A stretch of DNA of 64,000 nucleotides from Heptranchias perlo (Eukaryota), in NCBI RefSeq assembly GCF_035084215.1, contig NC_090327.1, positions 94,054,001 through 94,118,000 of the forward strand. The letters are read 5' to 3'. The notes below the pieces were generated by a model. The model was not told the DNA's origin, made no database searches, and saw nothing but the letters and a program-made list of their open reading frames with translations. Every line of letters starts with the position of its first letter. Position 1 is the first letter of the stretch. This document shows, in pieces, positions 39,088 to 50,997 of this stretch. The position numbers and the translations under genes are program-made.

Positions 39088-39116
39088 CGTGCGCGCGCAC
39101 ACACACACACACACAC
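39088..39116. repeat. (CG)n(CA)n microsatellite
   Basis: cgtgcgcgcgcacacacacacacacacac. Confidence 0.9.
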
Positions 39117-39754
39117 CTTTAGAATCCTTCTACTAGACCAGGGCTCTCAGTTCAGATTCCTCAACTCTATAATCTATCATGGGAAGAATCACTAATTAAA
39201 TTAATGGGGGAAAACTGCCATACTAACTATCCAATTTCACCTTCCCTTCTCTTCCCAAAAAAGGCGACACTTTCTTTTACCGAGTATTTTAACATATCAC
39301 AATACGGTGCGGTCCAGCTTAACTGTAACTCAACATGAAGCACTAAAGTAATTGGTTTTACATCAGAATTACCTGAAACTATTCAACATCTTAGTAATAA
39401 AAAGTTTCAAAAAAATATTCAAACTTTCTGCAGGTTGACAAGCTTGTGAAAGGTGATAGCAACAATTTTTTTTTCTTTTTACAAAAAAACCAACATTTTC
39501 CTTTTACTAACAGATAAGAACAAAATAAATCCAGTGGAAACTATGTGGGAAATTTGTTAATATTTTCAGCATCTACCCGCTGACAGCATTTTGGCGAATG
39601 GAGAAGCATGAAGTATCTGACACTTCACTTCTAAAAGGAGGGCAAATAAGTCAAGATACCACCCAGGTCTCCACCCTGCCACTGAGTCAACATTCTAGGT
39701 TGAAGACCTAGTGGCTAATTATACTCACCCTGTCCAGCAGAAACAAGGCAGTAC

Positions 39755-40225
39755 AGGAGTTAAAATCACTGTGGTGAACTTACTGCCCTGATCTTGATCC
39801 GCTGCCATATTTACTGGGTAGCCCAGGTGCCCGCCTGAATCAGGCAATTATCAGGACATAGTTAAGAGCCCGGTGCAATGTCAAGGGACAACTGGGTGCA
39901 GCGCATGCTCCCTGCCCAGTTGTACCAGGCAGTGAAGAGGAAGAGGCCCCAAAATGGCAAGTAAAAATGTACTTTTGTGGGGCCAAGAGGAACATGAGCG
40001 CTCCTCGGGCTCCACAAGAATAATGTGAGCCGTTGCCCCCGCTCCCGGACCTACCTTCTGGCTGGCCTCCAGGATTCCTGACGTTGCACAAGTCCAGAGC
40101 CGGTGAGTTGCAGTGGGATGCCCATTCGGGTGTGCAGCTCGCTGGCAACATGGTAATGAGGCCCAGCCCTCAAAATGAAACGGATACCCTGCCTGCAGGA
40201 GCACATGCTCTGCCAGCCGGTCACC
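39755..40225. repeat. GC-rich unclassified interspersed repeat
   Basis: GC/CpG-rich block with gagttaaaatc near both ends; composition and terminus like 15212-15765. Confidence 0.4.
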
Positions 40226-42546
40226 CGAGAGTTAAAATCTACCCTCCAGTCACACCTACACTCAGGAAAAGACAGGGCGGGGAGAAGAAATCAACCATCA
40301 TTCCCACTCCTGCACGTTATCTCCTGGCTTCTGTTGGAATGTGTGCTCGCGCAGTGTTAGGAGTGAGAGAAAGGAGAAAGGGAAAGGGCCTAACTGCAGT
40401 ACTCATACCCTCCATAATTGAATAGAATGTTAATTCTTTATTGGCACAGACATAAAAGAAAGACTAAGAATGATTTTCCAGAGGGCAGTGAGCATCGATG
40501 GAACAGTACACCATTAACAGTCGGTGATGTGGGGTAGGGAGAAGAGATGGGAGAGGGAAAATTAGAATTATGCATCAGTTGAAATTAAAGCATGCACTTT
40601 GAAGGGTATTTTTTTGCCTTTTTTTGGCTTGATTTTAGACCACACAGTCGCACAAGTATCAAAAGCAGAAGAATGTAAGCAAAAGGGGAAAGGTCAAATA
40701 AAGTTGTTGAAAAGCAGTCTGAGTAAACAGTGTGGACAGATGGTTTTAAAATGTGAAAGAAGGCAAAGGCAAAAACAAAAAACATCCAGAAACAATATGG
40801 ATATCCACAGACAGATCAACCAGCAAAAAAAGTTAAATAATACTACCTTGCAAATTACCACTAACTTTTTCCTCCTTCATTAAAGTAGTTTTGTAAATAA
40901 CAATTTCATAAATTTCAAACCATTAAAAAAAGGTTCTTTTGGGCATTTTGCATTAATCTGGTTTACCCGAGCCCAAATTAAAAATGGACTTGTCAAAAAA
41001 GCAATATACTGACTTGTGAAGAGAACAATAAATGAGACATTTTTCAAAAATGCAAGTGCTCTCCAAATAAAGTTAGATTCACCACTGAAGGAAAACGTTC
41101 TTTGAAATGTTAATTCTGTTACTATGTTAGCCATATTTGGACTTTCTAGATTTCGTTCCCCTCCTCCCCCCCAGTTTCAATATTTATTTTTTAGCAATTT
41201 CCTATATTCAGGGTTTCTTCAGTCTTTTTTTTGTTTAAAATGTCAAAATTGGATTAAGAAAAGCTTCACTCACACGTGATTGTTGCAATTATTTTATAGC
41301 GTTTTAATGACTGGAAGCATCTGACATACAATTCATCCAGAAAATGACATGAGAATTTTCTTTAAAAATCATCCTTACGGACATTTCATTTTTTTTCCCA
41401 AGAATTTTTGATATTTTATTTATATCAAAGTAAAACATTGGGGTTCTATTGGTTAATGCCAAAAACTGAGGGCCCTCTAGGGACTTTTCATAAGTCAACC
41501 AGGTGATGTAAAAAAAATTAAAAGCTAACTTTTTCCTACACAATTACTTTGAAGCAAAGCAGCTGGGAGCTTCCTTTCACTTTTTAAAAATGAACTTGTT
41601 GAGAAAACAATCACCTTGACCTTTTTTCAGTGCTAATGAAAACCACAGATTTCTGGGACAACGTCCAGTGGTATGCACTGCAAGGTAGATAGAGGAGGGG
41701 GCTACACTACCTTGGCCATGTTACATCAGCCACTTCACTACACTAATGAGACTTGCTGTTTACCACCAACAGTTTGCCATCAAATACAGTACTTTAATTT
41801 TCAAAGTAAACATCAGTACTGAAGTTAATATATTAACCGCCAGAACACTGTGTACAGGTCAAATTCTAGAGAGGCAGATAGGTTTTCTTTAAACCAATGA
41901 AGCTGTTGTGATAATTCCACGAAGCTCCCTTCCTCGCAGGCAGAAGATATAAAAGGTATGTTTAAGAAAAGAGCAAGCTGATTTCAAAACAATGGAATCT
42001 TGTCCTGCAAGTCTCAATTGGTTCATTTTCTAATCTTATGGAAAGGCACTGTTTAACCAAGGGAATCTGGAGACAATCAAAGGGTACTCAGCAAAAGATA
42101 TTGCTTTATGGATTAGTGAAGTAGGAAATATCATATAAAAGGGAGACTGCACCACTGTATAAGTTACATATTTCCCAGTTTGTAAGCCAGTAATAAAAAC
42201 TATTAAAAGGTACAAAAAGTATTGCAATGCAAGAAGGGGAGAGGTAGAGAAAACACCTTCCACGAAAACCACAAAAAGCCTCTAGACATTGTTCTGTGGT
42301 CAGAGAATGCATATTCCTCATTTATACCAAAGACAGCATCATGCAATAGTTGGAAATAGCGACAGCATTAGTTTCAGGGTGCATTTCACTTCCTTCTCAC
42401 AGAAAGGGTTCCTGTAACAGTGTGGGTCGCCCCATTTTTTCCCAAGGGAAGGGGAAAAAAAAGGGGAGGGGCAAAAATGCTTTGCATATGAAGCTTTCGG
42501 CAGGGAGAACAGACCCCATGAGTAGATGAAGCCAGCAGATGATTTT

Positions 42547-42650
42547 CTTCCAGTTCTGATGGAAGGTCATCGACCTGAAACGTTAACCCTCTTTCTCGCT
42601 CCACAGGTGCTGCTTGAACTGCTGAGTGTTTCCAGCATTTTCTGTTTTTG
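42547..42650 (+). mobile_element. PLE pLTR fragment (family B) with mutated hammerhead
   Basis: agtt CTGATGG a AGGTC atc GACCT GAAACGT T aac (A9 to G) plus family B tail; possible TSD atgatttt (42539-42546 / 42657-42664). Confidence 0.8.
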
Positions 42651-44059
42651 ATGAAAATGATTTTGTAAAGTTCCCAGCATCAGATAAGAGGATAATCAGA
42701 TTCATTAAAATTTACTCGTTAAATGCCAAAACTTTGTGTGCATACCCAAATTGGTAAGAATATCTTTGAATATTTACACTCAGTGAACTAAATTTTTTTT
42801 AAAAAATGTAGTGCGTCTTCTTTGGAAAAGTGGAGCTGCCGATCACACGCAACAAAAAACCTTTCCTCAAGATAAACTAGTGACAGCTGGCCCAGTGACA
42901 CCATCTGCTGGCATATCAACACGCTGAACTAGAGTGCTAGAACACAGGTTTACACCCACAATTTCCCACACCACGAGTTAGTAATCTCAGTTGGGCTGTC
43001 TGGGGGAAGGTGTCAAGTGGAGGTGAGGCACTTCCCCACAAAGAATAATTCAAGGGCCAAAATTAACCTGGCACACTCAACAATTAATTCGAGAGCAGCA
43101 TCAAGAGAGGACAACAGCAGCAGCTGGTCAACTACCCAGTTCTTGCTTAGGGAATTGATATTCGTAGAAGTGGTTATCAATTTATCACTTTTTACTTAAT
43201 TGAGTGTGATGTTCCGACTCTTTTGTTAACAAAGCACTACAATTCTTTGGAAAATTGCTTCTTCGCTGCTGACAAGAGTGAGAGAGAAAATTACATTTTG
43301 GAGGCACCGGAAGGTCAAATACCAAAATCCCACCTTAAAATACAGTGCCTCCAGGCTAATTGGATACAGATTGTGTGCCAGTCAATGCTGTTATGTTAAC
43401 ATGAGCAATTGGGAACTCAACACACAAGATAGTCAATCATAATCTATATGTTCCTTATAATACCCAGAAACTGCTCTTAACATCTCTCCCCAAGTAAAAA
43501 TTTTAATTCTTATCATTTTAGTTATAGTAGAAGTAAACACTGTTAAGTCTCTTGTCCTCCACACAAAATAAACCAAAAAAAGAAAATTGCATGAAAACAT
43601 ATAATAGGAACAAGATTGTGATGGAATTAATAAAATAATCAAAACGAACAGAGTACATATCACTCTCAGAAAAGGAGTCACTGCACAGTAAAATACTGAA
43701 TGGTATACAGCAATAAGGTGAGTTCTTGATCTTGGCTATGCTAGCACAAGGAAAGACAAAATGGATCCCAGGCATTTCTGATCCCAGGGTAGAGATGACA
43801 TCAGTAGAGGGGAAATTTTAAAAAAGCAGTAGCAGTCATACAGCTGTCTTCACCCAATTCCTATCAGCCAGGTACAGAATAGTATTGGAGTAGACCTGAG
43901 AATCTCCACTCTGTAATCTCAGTCGGTGTAGGTTCGTGGCACAGGAGACTCCAGGACAAATAAAGGGAAGAATTTTTAAAAATATTTACACTAGAAATGT
44001 AAATACTAGGGATATTTAGGGCCATTATCAAGCTTTATGGTCAGTATGAGGCAGTTATT

Positions 44060-44800
44060 ATTGAGGCAAATTGGATATTGGATGCATCAGAGGGCATTGG
44101 ACTACAAGTCAGAAGAGTTTCTGCAGTGTGCTGTCAGTTCTGGTCACCCAACCTCAAAAAGAATGAAAGTGTATTATGAAGAGTTCAGAGAAGAGTGACC
44201 TGGATAACTCCAGGCCTTAGGATTCTAAGTTATGAAAAAAGGCTCAAGCAGTTCAATTTATTTTCAGTGGAGGAAGAGACATACAGGTTGAAAGAAGGAA
44301 GGAAAAAGGATGGAAAGAAGGAAAAAATGAAGGAAAGAAGGAAGAATTTCCATTTATAATACCTTTCATGTCCTCAGGATGTCTCAAAGTGGTTCACAGC
44401 CAATCAGTTACTCTTGAAGTGCAGTTCACTGTTACGTGGGCAATGCAGCTGCCAATTTGTGCACAGCAAGTCCCATGCAAACAGTAATGAGATAATCTGT
44501 TCTGATGGTTTTGGTTGAAGGATAAATGTTGGTCAGGACAACAAATGTGATAGAGGTAAATGGACTATTTAACTTAAAAGGAAGACAGGGCTAGAGGAAA
44601 CAAGTACAAAATTCATACACCTCAAGCAAGGTTACAGATCACAAAAAAACTCCTCCTCTCTCCTCCCCCCCCTCAAACTTCAGGAAAGTGAACCTGTAGA
44701 ATAGACCCCCCCCCCTAAGAAGATAGTTGATTTGAGGTCAATTGGCATCTTCACAAAGGAACTGGATCAATATCTGTTGCAAAGCAGGAGTAAGGGATAT
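44060..44800 (+). mobile_element. Old CR1 fragment interrupted by a SINE
   Basis: cagttctggtcaccc...agagttcagagaagagtgacc...agttatgaaaaaaggct; resumes after ~44545. Confidence 0.65.
44290..44542 (-). mobile_element. SINE 3' half with expanded (TTCC)n tail
   Basis: (ggaa)n then tttccatttata...cacagccaatc...gccaatttgtgcacagcaag...ggataaatgttggtcaggaca. Confidence 0.8.
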
Positions 44801-46239
44801 AGAGACATTAACAGCACTGCTTGATTTTTGTTCTTCCAGAGAGATAAAGGAAGTAACTTAGTGTCCCTAAAGTAGAGGATCAATAGGAGAGAAGACAATA
44901 ATCATACATGGGATCTGGATGGAACGGGTTTAATGGGCCGAATTACTCTCTCACTCTGGATTTTCTTACATACCCAGGAATATTCCTTTTGTAAGGTTAG
45001 TTTCTTATGTGTGTACATTTTTGCCACCACAACATAACCTGCCAATTCATTGAAGTATATCCAATGTATTTTTAAAAATCTATTTTTTAAAGCAGTCCTA
45101 AAATATTCTATTGTCAGGTATATCATTGTTAAAAATGATCTCATAACTAAGCTTTTGCTATAGCACAAAACTGACCTTTTTTCAATCCAAGTGAATGTAA
45201 AAAGAATCAGGTGCACTTAGTAAAAGTACCATAAATTAAGCAAGAACCTTTTCTGCACATGTTATGTTTGATTGTTGCACTGATCAGAAGTGGCTCGTGG
45301 GAGGACTGGAGCTCTGAAGAATTCTTTTGTCGCCTGAAGCAAAGAAATGAGAGATAAAATTCACTCTCCCTGCCTTTCTCCAACCCATTATAAGGGGCCC
45401 ATGGGACGCTCAAACTTTAGTGCGTTCTTCAATTACAATGCATAATTACTGCGGAGTCAGAAATTGTTAAGTATACACCAAGTGTAGAATACTAATGTAC
45501 CACTCCCAATTATAATAATTTTATTTAAGCAGATGTGTATATAGTGACACATCCTAATCAAAGCATTACAATTCAGCAAATAATGCATCACTATACAGGA
45601 AGGAGCAAGTGCTTTCTCCTTTCCCCCTCCCCCCTCCAAATATTCAGGTTTTTCCACTTCTATTAGAGGGTGTTTTGGTTATTTAATTGATTAATAAATA
45701 TATATAAAAACAAAATGCAACTCTCAATAGTGAAGCCGAGTTTCTCCTTCCAGGGCTATACATATTCACAATGGGCCAGCTTGGATTGGGATTCTGCAAT
45801 TCAGCATGTGTTGAAACTCATCTCTGCTTTGAATCAGTTAATGAGGAATATTAAATTACCTGTGTGAAACATACAGTGTCTGCTCCCTTGGGGCAGAAAG
45901 TAAACAGAGACTCACCACGCAAGGCTAATGGATAATCCAGTATCTGCAGATGCAACTTTTTAAACCAAATAAAGACTAGAATAAAAGATTCTTGTTTAAA
46001 CCAAAAACAGATACCTCACTCATGGCTTAGTGGATAAAAGCACTACATGACGTGACACGGAGACGTACAGACCATGAAGATGTGTTCTGCAGAGTTGCTA
46101 TTTGGGCTTATTTAGTATATTGCTACCAACATGTCATCTGAAAACCACACTTGGCCCAATGTGCTTAAATGTTGCACTACAAGCTTCTTTTATGATAGTC
46201 TTCATTCATCTCACATTGCTCCACCCCCCACCACCGCCG

Positions 46240-46440
46240 GTTTTACAGTCAGGTTTTCTGCCCTAATCTCAATCCAGTGACCCCTGCTGGAAAGTGTGCG
46301 CCTGTAGCTATCACATGATGGCAGGATACCCTCCATGGGTTAATAGATTGGTGACACTGTCAGAGCTCACACAAAGAATGGTCACTTGGGCCTAATATTG
46401 GAAGCTTCCAATGCCATGGAACCAGGTGGGAGATATGGAT
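46240..46440 (+). repeat. Old dispersed SINE-like repeat family
   Basis: Motif ctcacaca(t/a)gaagaatgg(c/t)(c/t)acttgggc recurs at ~46365, ~50890 and ~59680. Confidence 0.5.
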
Positions 46441-46977
46441 GGGTACACAAAAAGTTCCTTTCAGGACAGTGTGTTGGCAATCCAGTTTTTGCAATACCAA
46501 CATACCTTGCTGTGGGATGATACAATGCAGCTTTGTTTCAGCAAACTACCACGAGTTCCAAATTTCAATAAGATGGCTGATTATCAGAAAAGATTCAGAA
46601 CAGAATAAATCAATGCAGGCCTGTCTTGTGTCCATGGTGCTGATTATTATAGAACAGTATTTCCATATAATTGGTGACGGTCAGTGAGTGATGCAACACA
46701 CCAGATGTTGGAAGAGAAACAAGTAACCCACAACAGGGAATTACTTTTTTGAAATATATAAATGGAGCAAACTACACAATTTGAATTAGGCATAAACTTT
46801 TAACTATAGTACATTAACAGCATTGGAGATGTTTAATGGTTAAATTATATTAGCAAAGTCCTTCCTGAAGCAGATTACAATGCAGGCTTCTCATCTCCCC
46901 CCCCCCCGCTTACTGAAGAAACTGCCTTTATATTGGTGTTTGAATTTCGATTCAGGAAGTCGGTGAGTCCGTAACAC

Positions 46978-47084
46978 TTAATGTTGTTAAATCTGTTTTC
47001 CGTAGACTAGAGGCAGACTTGTAGACGCAGGTAAAACTACAAGTCCGCTGCCAGTCTACAGAAACAGGATTTATACAGAATTAA
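46978..47084. other. Imperfect ~105-nt hairpin
   Basis: Left arm taaatctgttttccgtagactagaggcagacttgtag pairs with right arm ctacaagtccgctgccagtctacagaaacaggattta; loop ~12 nt. Confidence 0.8.
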
Positions 47085-47346
47085 ACATGGGGATCTGGCT
47101 CCTGGATTCCAAATTAAAAGATGAATATAAAATCAGGTTATATTACAGGGCAATTTCTACAACAGGACAGAACTTTATAAAATTACTTGTGTTCAGTGCT
47201 GTTGTCTCTGCCAGTACTAGTTTGGGTAAGGTGGGAGCACTTCAACCACTCAAATCTTTAAGCAACTATATTTTTTTGTCTCTGACAGTATTAATATGTT
47301 CACTGATGTGGAGCTGCCATCAGAGGCATAACTGAAAACCATTTAC

Positions 47347-47436
47347 TTTCGTGATGCAAGCTGCCTTCGACATCAGCAAGATGGCTCTGTTCACATTGCG
47401 TTTGCCACCTACTTTGGGAGTGCTGTTAGCAAAAAA
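47347..47436 (-). CDS. Candidate internal exon of an unidentified host gene
   Basis: ttatatttgcag | 90 nt, open only in phase 0 (FFANSTPKVGGKRNVNRAILLMSKAACITK) | gtaaat. Donor is weak and the protein is not recognised. Confidence 0.25.
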
Positions 47437-47947
47437 CTGCAAATATAAATGGACTAGAAGTACTTTCTAAAGGTCTTTGCCCTCGAGGATATCCAAATTC
47501 TCCCCAAATATGGAAGGACGGAGGACAGGAAAAAAAGACATTTCAACGCCAGATGTAGAAATTATTTTTGAAGTATTGAGGACTGAATACCAGCCGAAGT
47601 CTTCAGAACTTTCACAGCTGAAACAGGCACCTGCCAGTAAAGGATTTCCTTCTGTCTGCACTTTTCAGCAGGATGAAGGAAGAGGCGACATGCTGTGCAG
47701 TATTAGTACAACAGCAGCCAGCCAGAAAGATGAGTCGTAAGCATTGTGCCAATAATTCTACACAATTTTGTAATTTAATAAAAAAATTCCCAAAAAAAAC
47801 TTTGAAACAAAAAGATGTTTCTAAAAATTTCTAAATTACATTAGCAGATCACGCGGTGTATTTTCAGTCACGAACCATACTTTAAAACATTTGCACTCAA
47901 TACAGCACCCACCACTTAAAACGTCTATGTTTAAAACAGGCAGTCAC

Positions 47948-48168
47948 TTTTTTTAATATTCATTCATGGGACGTGGGCGTCGCTGGTGAGGCCAGCATTT
48001 TTTGCCCATCCCTAATTGCCCTTAAGGTGGTGGTAAGCCACCTTCTTGAACCGCTGCAGTCCGTGTGGTGAAGGTTCTCCCACAGTGCTGTTAAGAAGGG
48101 AGTTCCAGGATTTTGACCCAGCGATGATGAAGGAACAGCGATATATTTCCAAGTCAGGATGGTGTGAC
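47948..48168 (-). mobile_element. LINE 3' end, same family as 4003-4337
   Basis: Near-identical to ~4010-4230; HTILTWKYIAVPS. Confidence 0.9.
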
Positions 48169-48810
48169 TGCCAACTGCCAAAAAGCGAAAACCATTTACA
48201 TTAACGTCATTTTCAAAGTTGCCGATTATAATGTTTTAAGTGCTCCGTTTATTTCGTCCAGAAACAGCTGTGTTCACTCACCCAATCGCACCTCGTTTAC
48301 CGAAAGCAAGTAACTAGCATCTAAGGTGCATTGAAGCAAGTGGGGTTATGTTTCTCTGATGAAGATTGGGGATCCCTCATTGTCTCCTCTTTAAATGTGG
48401 TTACCTGAATAATCTAATGCACTGTTCCGTATTCATACCACATCACACCACTTCATGTGATTCTTGTATTTGGTATAAACTCAAATATATTAAACATTGT
48501 TTAATATCTTAACAGTTTGTTGCATCGGATGAAGATGATTCTTGCCACAAGATGCAACAAGAAAGTTTAAAAATTAGTGGCAAAACATTACCTGTTACAT
48601 TTATTGATTCGTCAGGGATAATCATGTCTACAGTGTTGCACTGCCAAAATGATTAACCACTCAAGAATTTCAGCCACGAATGTAATGCCACAGGGTTGTA
48701 GCTGTAGAATAACTGTGGTTTTTCTCTTCTGTGATTGTGAAGCAAAGTGCTGTGTGCTGGATACCTCTAGTACTGGGACTGTCAAAGATGGTTTATTACA
48801 CTGGTGAGAT

Positions 48811-49235
48811 TAGCTGTGGCTCAGTTGGTAGCTTACTCACCTCTGAGTCAGAAGGTTGTGGGTTCAAATCCCACTCCCAGGGGCTTAAGCAAAAAAATCT
48901 AGGCTTACACTCCAGTGCAGTACTGAGGGAGTACTGCACTGCTGGAGGTGCCATCTTTCGGATGAGGCATTAAACTCAGGTATATGTAAAAGATCCCACA
49001 GCACTACTTCGAAGAGCAGGGGAGTCCTCCCCGGTGTCCTGGCCAACATTTATCCCTCAACCAACACATAAAAACAAATTATCTTGTCATTATCGCATTG
49101 CATGGGACCTTGGCAGCTGCATTTCCTACATTACAACAATGACTACACTTCAAAAGTACTTCATTGGCTGTAAAGCGCTTTCGGACGTCATGAGATTGTA
49201 AAAGCCAATAGATTAATGCAAGTTCTTTCTTTCTT
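48811..49235 (+). mobile_element. tRNA-head SINE, full length
   Basis: A box tggctcagttgg, B box ggttcaaatcc, tail aatgcaagttctttctttctt. Confidence 0.9.
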
Positions 49236-50373
49236 GAACAGTCAAGGTGGAAGCCTGGGATAGCAGCAGAAGAGTAGTAAGGCAGAGGACTAGTGATGGG
49301 TTGGGGAAGGGAGAAATGAAAGATTGCGTGTCCGAGTGACAGGGAGGGTAGGAGAGAAGGACCGAGAGGGGAAAAAGAGCAGATGGAAGGAATGGGCTTG
49401 AATCCAGAGCAGCAGCAAAAATGTGCACACGGACAGACTCAATGGGAATTCGGGTCACATGGGCATGGCAGAGATTGGGTGAGACACGTTCCAGTCATAA
49501 ACTGAGAACAGAGAGGAGATAATATCCTGGGGTGAGAGGCTTGTTCTATGAGGAGAGATTGAGTAGAATGGGCCTATACTCTCTGGAGTTTGGAAGAATG
49601 AGAGGTGATCTCATTGAAACATATAAAATTCTGAGAGGGCTTGACAGGGTAGACGCTGAGAGGTTGTTTCCCCTGGCAGGAGAGTCGAGAACTAGGGGTC
49701 GTAGTCTGAGGATAAGGGGTCGGCCATTTAGGACGGAGATGAGGAGGAATATCTTCACTCAGAGGGTTGTGAATCTTTGGAATTCTCTACCCCAGAGGGC
49801 GCTGGATGCTGAGTCATTAAGTATACTCAAGACTGAGATCGATAGATTTTTAGACTCTCGAGGAATTAAGTGATGTGAGAATCGGGCGGGAAAGTGGAGT
49901 TGAGGTCGAAGATCAGCCATGATCTTATTGAATGGCGGAGCAGGCTCGAGGGACCGTATAACCTAGTCCTGCTCCTATTTCTTATATTCTTATAGTACGA
50001 AAGAGCAAAGTTCTTGTGTAGGGTCTCCCTCTTCAAAGCACAGCAAAGATCAGGACCTCATGGATGATGGGCACAAACCAGTTTACCATGTTGCTGGAAG
50101 CAAAATGGACTGGATTACTTAATGAAATGTTTACAAAAAGAAACTAAGCCATCATAAGGACAGAAATACCAATTTCCAATCACACAGGGGCTGGTCACTT
50201 CCCAGCTTGCAAAAGCATCATTGTACATATCCCTCCACCCTTTATCCATTTTCTTGATGCAGTTCTTCATCATCCCACTGACCATCCCCCAGTTGATAAC
50301 AGTTTTTTTTTAGGATTAAAGTTCAAGTGAAAATAAAGGCAAATTCAAAAATGCGCCTAGTCAAAAGGCAGGA
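49236..50373 (+). repeat. ~720-bp SINE 3' extension (copy 2), interrupted by CR1
   Basis: Inverted homolog of 10332-11044. Confidence 0.9.
49525..49993 (+). mobile_element. CR1 3' fragment nested in the extension
   Basis: RGLFYEERLSRMGLYSLEF...WNSLPQR; same subfamily as 28210-28673. Confidence 0.93.
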
Positions 50374-50404
50374 AGGCAGGCCTTCAGCAATAAAGGACCC
50401 ATTG

Positions 50405-50628
50405 CACTTCTTCGAAGAAGAGCAGGGGAGTTCTCCCCGGTGTCCTGGCCAACACATAAAAACAGATTATCTGGTCATTATCACATTGCCGTTTGTGGGA
50501 CCTTGGCTGCTGCGTTTCCCACATTACAACAGCGACTACACTTCAAAAGTACTTCACTAGCTGTAAAGCGCTTTGGGATATCCTGAGGTCATGAAAGGCG
50601 CTATATAAATTCAAGTCTTTCTTTTTTC
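50405..50628 (+). mobile_element. SINE 3' half
   Basis: cgaagaagagcaggggagttctccccggtgtcctggcc...aaaggcgctatataaattcaagtctttc. Confidence 0.85.
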
Positions 50629-50949
50629 TTATAAAATGATTGAGAAAAAAAAGGAGTACACTGATGAGTGTGTCTATAAAATGGGTGTGAACTTTAACAC
50701 AGAGTGTGTTTGAATGTGCAGCATGTGGATTGCTGCCAATTAGACTAAAAACAGGAATATAGTGTTCTGCATATACGCTTGTAGAGTACTATCACAGCGC
50801 TGCCCTATTATACATGCCATTGTGTATAGCATGCAAATCGCGTTTGCATGAACATGCCCACGATAAAACAGTGGGTACTGTATCTGGGCTCACACATGAA
50901 GAATGGCCACTTGGGCACACTCCAGTTTTACTGGAAAACATAGATCGAT

Positions 50950-50951
<2 letters not shown>

Positions 50952-50995
<44 letters not shown>
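50952..50995. repeat. (CA)~22 microsatellite
   Basis: Perfect CA run. Confidence 0.97.

Positions 50996-50997
<2 letters not shown>

Noticed and set aside
48811-48880. tRNA gene
   Set aside because: A and B boxes are present but run into a SINE body and tail, with no full cloverleaf; the same holds for the other SINE heads.
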